From NCBI RefSeq assembly GCF_964204865.1, contig NC_135253.1:15996001-16060000 (forward strand): a DNA stretch of 64,000 nt. Reading direction: 5' to 3'. The stretch's first letter is position 1. Each line of letters starts with the position of its first letter. The translations under genes were made by a program, and so were the position numbers. Below are positions 1 to 11,100 of the stretch, piece after piece. Below the pieces are notes generated by a model. That model ran no database searches and was not told where the DNA came from. It saw only the letters and a list, made by a program, of their open reading frames with translations. This stretch comes from Styela clava (lineage: Eukaryota).

Positions 1-1989
1 CAGTAGCGTCAATATAAATTATGTCATTTTGAGCATTATGGTTAAATATTCTTACAGACTGTTCCGACCACAACATAATACCTGGTGGAACTCGTGAAAT
101 TTGCTGCAAGGTTCCACGAATTAACTTATTATTGCATTTTTCGGCCTGAAATTTTCTTAAACAGTCAAGCGAATTCCATTGATTATTGAAATCTGGGACA
201 TTTACCATTCTAGCCTCATATCGCGCCTTTTTTAATACAGCCTGTGACGGAGCATCGTCCCTATTACCAATTTTTTACAAATACATATTACGAGGAAGAG
301 AATGAACCAATTTTTCTTTCAATTCCTTCCGCCGTTTTCCCTTAAGTCGGATTGATTTAATACCAACGTGATACCTATTTCCCGAATACCTAACATGGAA
401 CATGCGGAGGTCTCTGCGATAGGATACTACAGAAATTTTGCGACAGCAACCTGTGAAGCAACAATGCCCACTGCAAGCAAAAATACGATTTGCCAATATT
501 CCAGAATTTACTGTGTGCCATCGAAATGCATATGAACAGTAAGGGTCACTCTCTTTGATAGCTTTTCTAAAAACATCAGCCCAATTAGAATTTTTTATTT
601 TTCGCCCAGCAACGGAGTTGAAAAGACTGTTCCAATTTTTGGTGTTCATTTTAAATTTTGCATTTTTTATTGGATTTTCACGTTTCCAAATACCATGGGC
701 TTGCACTGAGCTTTGCGCACCTACATCAAAATCAGTTCCATGCGCGTCTAAAAATATGTATGAATTGTTACTAACCTGCTTCAATTTGTTATCACAGCTC
801 TCTTCCAGGGACGTAGGCAGTGTGCTTTCTTTTTTAATTGCTAATTTTAATTTCAGAATGAAAATCAGAAGAATGGTCATCCCTTTTGGTATTTTTAAAT
901 TCTCCATCGCCTGATGTGTACGGAAATGAATTTTCATTGATTTTCAGTTTTTTTGAGTTATTGTTCCAAAAATGTCGCAATTTTCGAATATAATTTTTCA
1001 ATTCACCTTTGGCAATTTTTTTGTTCCAAATTAGTTTTGCTAATTTGCTCCAGTCTGCTCGGGAATTTGGATTAAATGATCCCATATCATTTATTGCAGT
1101 TACCAACGACTGAGTTGACAATTTGTTTTTGGAAAACACACCGCCCGGCTGTTTATAAATTAAAGAAGGGTAAGAATTTTTATCAGGCGAAGATGATCTC
1201 TGTAACTTCTTCCGTGGAATGGGACAATTACTTTTAACTTTATCAGAGCTACTAAAAGAGGGAGGAGGAGAAAAAAGACCTGCTAGTATGTTTTGGCCGC
1301 ATAGTAATATCAGAAATAGCCCCAGTAGAAACGACAGAAGTAGTGAAAGATGAGGCCGTAGAGACCTTTCGGCGATGTTGTTTTGACAAAGAAGTAGTGT
1401 GAAGAAGACAAAATGAAGAGTCTGAACGTACATCATTTGTACGGGCCACAATTTGACGAGATTGGCCCGCCGTCTTCTTCATTGGTACAATCTTCTGAGC
1501 AATTTTCGTCTTCGTTGCCCGTCTACTCTTCACAATCTTAAAATCGCCGGAAACGTCAGACGACGACTTTCCCAGAGTTGGGCTCCTTGAAATGATGGTT
1601 TCGGAGCCGCACGGTGCAGAAGAATTGGTCTTCAAATATGATGAAACGGGTTCGATAACCACGTCTGGACAGGCTTTACGAAGTCCACGAGAAAGTACAG
1701 CTGCGTAAGATGGTCGGGAATGAGAGGAACGCAAACATGGCGCTGGTTGCAAAGAAACTGAAGTTTTTGGCCGAGCAACCACACTGGCATAGAACACCAA
1801 AGATACGGGGGGTGGGTGGGACTGAGTGCTGAAGGATGAAACAGAGTCGAAGATGAAGGGCTTCCAGATGATATTTTTCCTTCGTCGAGAAATCGATCTA
1901 CTAGAAGTAGGGATTAATTTTGTCCCAGTTCCAACAGAAGAACCTACAGCGGGGAAATCATTCTTCAAAAACAAGGAAAAGTCATACAT
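1..1989 (-). pseudogene. Disrupted Mutator-superfamily (MULE / FB-NOF-like) DDE transposase, runs off left window edge
   Basis: Overlapping minus ORFs 1252-1989, 834-1451 and 275-937 are linked by apparent frameshifts. They include a Cys/His segment (FACSGHCCFTGC...FHVRYSGNRYH) resembling the WRKY/GCM1-type finger of MULE transposases. Past the TAA at 275-277 the frame continues GNRDDAPSQAVLKKARYE. After another shift it reads QQISRVPPGIMLWSEQSVRIFNHNAQNDIIYIDAT(G), a DATG first-catalytic-Asp-like motif (GAC at plus 8-10). Family assignment is from motif recall, not a search. Confidence 0.65.
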
Positions 1990-2195
1990 ACATATGCTTT
2001 CAGTAGTTATTTGTGTAGATTCGGGATTTTTGTCTAAAAATAATTTTTGTTAGCATATGTTAACATTTGCACGAATCATCATTATAATTTCAATACATTA
2101 CACTGTGTAAAACTCATTTTGTTACCGGCTTCTAATAATTATTTTTTGATTCATTACGCCACAATAACTGGAAAAAACGAACAATATTTTCATAA

Positions 2196-2730
2196 ATATC
2201 TTATCTAAAAGTGGGGCACGTCATTGGAAAGTGCAGTATTTTTGGGTGCAATACCGATATTTAGTGATTTTGATGTAAAATTCTTGTTTGGGCCATGTTT
2301 GAGAAGATATTATTATAGGTTCCCCCATACAAATTTTATAAAACTTGGATCGAGATGACTTTACAATATTCTCTTTCGAGATATCTTATCTAAAAGTGGG
2401 GCACGTAATCGAAAAGTGCAGAATTTTTGGGTTTAATACCGATATTTATTGATTTCAATGTAAAATTCTTGTTTGGGCCATGTTTGAGAAGATATTATTA
2501 TATCTTCCCCCCATACAAATTTTATGAAACTTAGTTCGAGATGACTTTACAATATGCTCTTTTGAGATATCTTATCTAAAAGTGGGGCCCGTCATCGGAA
2601 AGTGCAGAATTTTTGGGTGTATTACCGATATTTAGTGATTTTGATGTATAATTCTTGTTTGGGCCATGTTTGACAAGAAATCATATCATTTTTCCGACAT
2701 ACAAAGTCTATTAAACTTTGATCGAGATGA
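2196..2730. repeat. Tandem array of ~2.9 copies of a 185-186 bp unit, probably subterminal repeats of the adjacent transposon
   Basis: Unit atatcttatctaaaagtgggg...gagatgactttacaata starts at 2196, 2381 and 2567; copies are highly similar. Confidence 0.92.
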
Positions 2731-3299
2731 TGGTATTATGTGTTTTCCTTTTTATCACTTTTATAAATGTGGCCGGCAATTGAAAATTACGAAAGTTTAC
2801 GTGGAATACGGAAAGCAGTGATTATAATCGGTCATAAATCTGGCAACTGAATTTCACCCAGCATTCATATTTTCCGCAGCTTGTTTTATACGCAATGTTA
2901 AATCGTTTTCTGGCAACCCTATTCTACCGTTCCTAAAACGAGAGAGATGTCTGCTAGGGTAACTTTGGTATTCAATGGATATAAATTGGACTATATATGA
3001 TACAAAACTCCGGTAATGGTATGGTTTTATATTTTAATTGTTACATATATTATTGAACTTGTGGGCAATGTGTTTTGAAATTATGAAATTGTTTAATTGG
3101 GTGCAAATTATACTAATTCGACAATAAAATTAATATACGAAAATTCCGTTTGGCAATGGAATTTATTTGGCAAAAAAAAAGAAAAAAAAAAGAAATTTGG
3201 CTGTGTGGTTCAAAATATGTTATGTAGCTTCAGTCCAGTTAGTTGCTTGTAGTACGGTAGTAGTTCTACGGTACGGTACGGTAAATGGAAGACAGACAG

Positions 3300-3760
3300 G
3301 GGTCTGGTATAGTTTAGTACCACACGTACTTCAAGTTGACCTGGCTCGACAATTTTTGCATATGTCAATCCTAACCCCCACCTAACTACGTCACTGAAAA
3401 ATTACGTCATTTCGACGTCACAGTGGCGTATTACTGTATTATGGCCCACCAAAGTATGCGGATGGTCGTCCAAAACGCGCAGACGATCACCCGAAATCGA
3501 GCAAGCTATTTCTCTCGATAGCTCGCCACAACGATCACGATAGGAGAGAGATCGCCGGCGTTAGCGAGTTCGTTACCGGCGGCGCATATGCCATTTCGGG
3601 CGATGTTAATTATACTTTGGCAAGCCCTATGACGCGATGGTGACGTCGTAGTGACGTATTTTTTGGTAGCATAGTCAGGTAGGGGTTAGGAATAACATAT
3701 GCAAAATTCATTATGCTACGCCCACTGGAAGTACTTGTGGTACTAAACTATACTAGACCC
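3300..3760. mobile_element. Mutator-like MITE with 9-bp TSD
   Basis: TIRs GGGTCTGGTATAGTTTAGTACCAC... and ...GTGGTACTAAACTATACTAGACCC. Perfect 9-bp direct repeat gacagacag at 3291-3299 and 3761-3769. A 9-bp TSD is typical of Mutator. Confidence 0.88.
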
Positions 3761-3810
3761 GACAGACAGTCGAGACAAGTCAAGTTTATTTCATCATGTC
3801 ATAGAGCTTG

Positions 3811-4287
3811 CTAAATACTCGTACGATCGCCTGAAATGGCATTGGCGCTGACGATAAAGAACTGACCAACGTCAGCGATCTCTCTCCTGTCCGGATCGTT
3901 GCGACGAGAAAACGAGAGAAATGACTGTTCGATTTCGGGTTTTCTGCGCGTCTTGGATGACAGTTTGAAGCATAGTTTGAAGTGCTCTATTACGTCACTG
4001 TGACGTCGAAGTGACATAAGCCGAGAAAAACCATTGTTGGATTACATTTACCTCAAATGTTGAGGAACTTATAAAAAACGAGAGAAATGACTGTTCGATT
4101 TCGGATTCTCGTCTGCGCGTCTTGGATGACAGTTCGCATAGTTTGAAGTGCTCTATTACGTCACTGTGCCGTCGTAGTGACGTCATTTTAGGATGGTGTG
4201 GTCAGGTGGGGGTTAGGATTGACACGTGAAAAAATTGTTATGCTACGCCTACTAGAAGTACGTTAGGTACGAAACTACATGAGACCC
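3811..4287. mobile_element. Partial, inverted relative of the 3300-3760 MITE, with internal duplication
   Basis: Internal sequence is reverse-complement similar to 3470-3605. It ends in a TIR-like ...gtacgaaactacatgagaccc at 4287. Segment ~3909-4015 is repeated at ~4076-4181. Another terminal fragment of the family lies at ~33436-33521. Confidence 0.7.
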
Positions 4288-5135
4288 GAACCGCAGTACC
4301 GTAAATTCCGATGAAATTTTTCATTGCGTACCGGTATATTGAATAAATTGTTTCCTATTTTGCTTTCGTCAATAACCATTTTCTGATTGTATAGTTGTAG
4401 TAAGTCGAGATAGGCTATATATGAATCTGCCGTCATATTCAGTTCATTTATACCATGTAATTTATTTTATGATGTTAACTTACTTTTTTTAGCATAAAAA
4501 TAGACACGTATCTTTCTTACAACTCAAATTAATGTTTTTGTATAACCGCTACAATAAAACCTGAAAACAGTAAAATGTAGTTGGACTCAAAATTGTGATA
4601 TAGAGTTTCAGTTTTAAATTAAAGTCTTAACTTTTAATTATACAAATTCAACATTCAAATCAATACTGCAATATTAGAAATTAAATATTGAAAAATAAGT
4701 AATGAGGATGGCCTAGTCGTGTTTTTAATTTTTTATTAACCTCATGTTTTTCTGGTTATAGGATTATTTACACAGTCAAATGAATCCCCTCCACCATTGA
4801 ATAAACAAATTTGAATGAAAACCTTTTTTATTTCCATTTCAGTTTTGTTTCTTGCATTAGGCGGAGTCAAAATTGTTATAAATTGATCTAGACTCAAAAA
4901 GGGTGGGCCAATGGTGATAAAAGCGTAAGGTGGAGTGTGACAAATTTCACATATAAAGCTTGAAGAGTATCAATGCTGTCGTATGTCTCTAATAATTCGA
5001 TCATTGCTGAGTACAATATCCTCGTAAGCCGAGAAAAACCATTGTTGGATTACATTTACCTCGAATGTTGAGGAACTTATAAAAAATGAAGGATGTATGA
5101 ATGAATTCAGTGGATGATCCTAAAATAAGAAAATC

Positions 5136-8100
5136 ATGAATGAAAACCAGAACAATGCGATTTCTGAGTGTGAAAGCAGTGAAACCAGACTGGTGAATAA
5201 TAATCCGCAGGTATGAAAACTAAACTTTCTAATAATTTTTCTTATTTACCTGGTTACTTCTGTATTTTTATTGCATAGTTTTCCGTGCTAATTTTGGTTG
5301 CCATGTGCTTATTTCTTATTTTCTTGTTTTATTGTGGCAAGATAGTACAGTAAAATAGTTGATAGTTTCGTAATCTAAATTTTATGTGAGTCCATATTTG
5401 CTAGTTCAATCGTTTTGTTTAATAACTTATTGAATTGTTTTTCCACCTCTCAATTTTAAATTGACTTGGCTTGAGTGGAAAATGTTAAATGACCTAATAA
5501 GACGCCAACTTTCAAACATAGAAGCAAAATCTATCAAATTTTTTATGAGCATGTCGAAATAAGTTGAACTACTTTATAAATAATCATATAACCATAGAGC
5601 TTGACTAATTGCAGATAAAAAAGAAAGGGATGAATCTGTTGAAAAAGAGCAAGCATGATCTTCTTCGATTACTCAGTATATTAGAAGGAGAATTAGAAGC
5701 TAGAGATATCTTTATATCTGCCTTACAGGTATGTAATTCAAGTTAACAAGTTTTTTGTTCACATACCAGTGGAAGTACATAACAATATTTTTATCACTGA
5801 ATTCAGGCTCAACTCACCAACCAGCGTAATGCGAGACAGCAGTATTTTGTACATCGACTGACTGATCCATTTCTATCATTACACAGAGATGATTATGTTG
5901 CTGGAAATTCTACAAATGATGATGAGAATCGGTATTATAATGAACAGGTCATCATTTTTGTTTTGTTTCCTTCAGACTATATTTTACTTTCTGTTTTATT
6001 TCTATTTGTAAATGGATTAATTCTGTTGTTTTAGGCCTTTATCGAGCCATTACCACTTCTTGAAAAAGTTGTCTATCAATTCAAATCTCAGCAACAGAAA
6101 ATGCATCAACAAATGTCTCTTGCAAGCAAGATACATAGAAAAGTAAGTTAAATTTCTGTTTTAAACCATATATGAACGGGACATACTAATGTACTATGTT
6201 TAACCTATATCTACGTTACTCAGCAACTGACTGTTTAATATTTGAAGTTTACATTGAGATTGTAAGAAATCCATGATGACCAGTGTTCCCTCTAAAGTGT
6301 GCGCGTCTGCTCGCGCACACAGCTTCCAGAGGCCGCGCACACGCATAGATTTACTGCGCACAGACGTATTTCGATGTAATGTAACAATGTGCTTGGTTGG
6401 CAGGTTGAGAAAGTTTGTTGTTGGCCCACTTATTACCCGGTTAGAACGCCAAAATTTCTTCATTGGTTTTTGCACAAATATTAGTCTTTTCCGAAAAAGT
6501 GTGCACACACCAAAATTTCTGCGCACACATACTACAAAAAATTAGAGGGAACATTGATGATGACCATGCCATGTGCTGATATTATTCATTTTATATAATA
6601 TTCTTTTTATACAATACATTTATGGTATAATTTTCATTATTCTGTTTCAGAGAAGTACCGGCGTATCGTTACAGGAGTACTAATACCATTTAATGTTCAA
6701 AAGACCCACATTTTTTTAAGTTATCTAAATTGCAATCAAATCATTGTATATCACAAATAAAATTTGAAATACATTTTTTTCAAAGCGTCATTAAAATTAA
6801 TTTTTGGCAAAATGCTGCCGCTACATGTCTCATATCTAAGATGATTGTTATTTCTTCTGATGATTGAGATCAATTTGTTTATTTTATTATCTCATTGTTT
6901 GACGTAAATCATATTCAAGGATCAAGTGTGTTATTTTAACTTTGCCACATTAATTCTATTATACAAGCAAATTTTTACTTTCAGATGGCTCATGAATTGG
7001 CTGAAGAAAAACGTAAACATGCTGCTGATACAAAGACAGGCGATGACGTAACTATGGCTCTTGAGAAAGAGAGAGAAAGACTCAATGCCAGTGTTTTATG
7101 TGAAAAAGAGAGAACAAAACGAATTGAAGGAGAATATAGAAAACTGCTCGGTTTATGCAAAGAAGAGAACACAAAACATAAAATGGTAAAAATCGAATAA
7201 ATTTTAATATGAGTGACTAATCAATCAGTAAAAGTTTCTTAAAGTAATTTGCCTGTAATACAATTTATCATTGATCACTCTGTTGCGATAATTGAGATGA
7301 TTTGTTCTGACTTCTTTTCACTTTAATGCTATTATGAAACAGTGTTAAGTTCTCGAACCTCGAAGTCGAGTCATATGCTATCAGAGTGAAGTCAACCACT
7401 GAATCTAATCACACTGGCGTTTAGTTGTTGGTGGGTCCGAGTAATTCCATTTAGAAGGCTTGACTCACTTTGAGTCTTTGCTGGATAGTGATTCGAGTTC
7501 AATTTGAGTTGAGTCAACCCCAATTTTAATAAAATAACTGCCCCTTTTCAAAATTCTAAAATGGGTTGGGACCTATAATGACAGCTGGTAACATCCTGAA
7601 TAGATTCAATTTTGGTGTCAAATGAAATTTATATGTTTTATTCATTTTATATATTTATTTATTTTAATTCATATATTATTATGTAATGAATTTTTATTGT
7701 GTACTGCATAGTTGAATCCATGTTGTTCACTGATCGTTTGCTATCTTTTACTGTTAAGATTGTTGTATCGTTATTGGCTGAACAAGAAAGGTTGCGACAA
7801 CAATTAACAGAATCTAAAGAATTACAAATTGATATAGATTCAACAGAAACAGAATTACAAGCAAGATTACATCAGGTAACTGACCTAAAATTAATTAAAT
7901 AAAGATAAATTGTTCTTTGGTAAAACGTTAAGACATAGTATTTTTTATTTGGATTTTTGAAATCGTTGATTCAGGGATGTCCAAAACAAATTGAATACAT
8001 TCAAAATTCATTATATTGGATATAGTAAATTTTTGAATTTAGGAATTTAGAACATTTTTATTTAACATTAGGGCTTTTGAGCTGTCAGACAAGTTTATCA

Positions 8101-11100
8101 AAATGTACCATATCTCAACTTGTAGGAAACAACACATAGAAAACAATGACCTTTTATATCTGTGTCATTTCAGATGTGATCAACATGAACTTGCTCCCAA
8201 TTTAGAATGTATTGAATATTTCATATACGAAAATATTTTCTAGAATACAGTCGAAATAGTGATATATTTGGTTTTGGCCATCCCTGGTTAGATTTATTAG
8301 TACTTGTTATTCAGTAGAAAGTTTGTTTATGACTCCAATGAATAATACCATAGCGGGCGTATATAAAGATGTAATAAATGATGTAAAAAAACCTAAATAA
8401 ACACTCGCTAAAGTAAAACAAACCTGGTTGAGATATATTGAGAACTGACTCCATTGGACAAAACTGAAATTGTGACAGGACTTATGAACACTCTGTATAT
8501 TCTAGATTATTATATAGATATAAGATTCTATAATTTGGCTAATGGTGTGAGCTAGGTTAGTTGAATTATTCATCATTTACCAGAATTGACATGCGAATTC
8601 CAAATTATGTTTATGTCTGTCCTTCAGATAAGCATTTGGAATTCTGTCATATTATGACTTGAACTATGGCATTTAAACTCAGAATTTTGCAATATCTTTC
8701 ATATCAGATTGTAACAATATTCAATTTTAATTGTTGTTTATTTATCCATTGTCTGGTAAAATTGTGATTTAGAATGATATCTGATAAAGCCATCAATGAC
8801 CTCAGTCCTTGATGCATTTTTTGATTCTATCCCATTCAATTTATGCTCTGGTGTAATTATAGCTTTTGGTTAGTTGTATCTTCTTATTTACTTATCAACA
8901 TGTTTGCTTCTAGTTGTGGAGGAATTGACTTTAGTGTAGGTCGCGAGTTCTCGTTTGAAAATTTATCGTCCCAAGCATTTGACATCTGATGCCCAGACAT
9001 AAAACAACAACTTAGTTTTACTGTAAAACCTACACTATAAAAACAACAAATCAAAACAATGTTTATTTGAAACTTTCTACATTGCCAAATTTTATATCAG
9101 TGAATTCACAATATTTTATAATTCTGTGTTGATTGGGACCCAGTTTAGAATAAATAAAATACGCTATTCCATAGTTGTAGCTATTATTTCAAAATTTATT
9201 TGGAATAGTACCGTAAGTTATTGGTTTTGGACATCTCTCTAATCTTAATGTGACTCATGGTTTTATACAAATCTGTCAAATTTATTATTCAAATTGAATT
9301 GCCAACTTCATAATAGGCTTTGAAAGAGAAACAAGACCTGGCAATCAAGTTAAAAGAGGAACAAAACCGCTGTAGCAGTTTGAAATTACAAATGCGTATT
9401 TTACAAGAAAAATCAACTCAGAGAAACTTAAATCAAACAACGAACTCAGCTAAAACCGCACTTGAACATGCTACGGAATTATACTCCTGCGGTGATTCAG
9501 AGGAGAGTATGACACCTGAACTACCTATAAAAATGTGCAAAGCACAATCTTTTACATCATCTTTGGATTCTAACACTGAGAGAGATATGGATACAGTAGC
9601 GCACTTTTTTGCTAAGCATCATCCAATGAGTGTGGCACAAAATACACAAGATGTAACTCTCATACCAACCAGCAGTCACCCACCCATTTTACTGGCAGAT
9701 GGTGTGGAGGGGGTTACGACATCAGGGTACGTTTTTTTTTCAGATTTATAAACTAACAATGGGCATTTTAAGTTTTTACTTACAGCATTTGGTTTATCAA
9801 AGATTCAAAGTATTGACTAGCATTATATTTTGTCCATTATATTTCATGTATGGAAATTTTATCTTCAAATATTATTATCTTTTAGGAAACGGGCTCACAT
9901 AGTTTTCTATACTTTCAGTTTTTCAATTTCAATCAGGGATAAATAAAGTCTTATTCTGATGAATACTTAATATGTTGTGTCCCAGTTGTCCCTAACCTTA
10001 TTTTGGTCATATTGAATTCTGTTGTGCTTGAAGCAACAGTGCACAAGTTACCATACATATACTCCCAGACCAGCTTTAAACAATTCAATTACTGGCTGTG
10101 GATTTGAAGTTTGTGGTGATTCGATAGAATTCGTTATTTTTAAAATTGATCTTTAACAATACCGTTTTTTGTGTAATAAACTTACTGGAAACAATGAGCT
10201 GCGTTTTATCCCTAAGGTTTTAACTGCGTCTAAAATTGGATAAAATATACTTCAGGTCTTGGTCAGTGTGATAAAATACTAGACATTATTTAACAGTATA
10301 ACATAGCTACAATTTGGTATCCATTAGTTGCGAAATGCCAATATCATCATTTTTCTAGATATTACGTCATGAAACTTGCACAATTTCAATGTTATATACA
10401 TGTATGATTGTACGTGATACAGGCCCATATAACATTATGTCAAGGTAGTAATTATGGTACTCCATATGGAAATTATCTGAATCATTGTTATTGAGGTTTA
10501 AAATGCATTTGAAGCAGTTAAATGGTTCAATTTTAATGCTTGATTAAGCCTGTTTCAAAAATCAATATGAATTTCCGCTGAATAATTATTCTATCATTTT
10601 TATAGGTATTACAGCGTCAAGCCAGGTTCCACAATCGCTGGTTTGGAAGCAATGAGATCAACTGCACAAAGTAAAGAAATCCTGAAAATGGAATATTGTA
10701 ATAATAATAATGATACCTCTGATAAATCCAAAGAGATAAAACAAAATATAGTGTACACTGATATGCTCAGTGATAAAACTGCCGAATCTCTATCCCTTAA
10801 TCTGAAACCCCAACCTCCGAGTGTCACTGTCCCACCCAAGCCGAATCGATTCGTCCCTGGATCACCCCATTATTCACCTTTTCGTAGTCCACAAACATTG
10901 TTTAATGAGAAGACCCATTCGCCTATGACTTCGTCACCCACGTCCGGAGCTGCAAATTTTGCAATGAACTCACCAAATGCACCCACTCCACCTCATGGGT
11001 CGCCATTTTCAATCACTCGGACACCTTCGGTGAAAGGCCCCCAAAAATTTACGCCTTCTAAATTAGATACCCCTGTAAAATTATCCGACTGGGCATTGAA

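Noticed and set aside
555-914. 119-aa plus-strand ORF (also 1826-2053)
   Set aside because: Antisense shadows of the minus-strand transposase remnant; no motif.
2196-2730. Repeat arrays here and at 32816-33060 considered as CRISPR
   Set aside because: Whole units repeat with no unique spacers, there are no cas genes, and the context is eukaryotic.
6200-6545. ORFs of 108 and 90 aa (similarly 16196-16502)
   Set aside because: They lie largely within TIR/TSD-defined MITEs inside introns and show no protein features.
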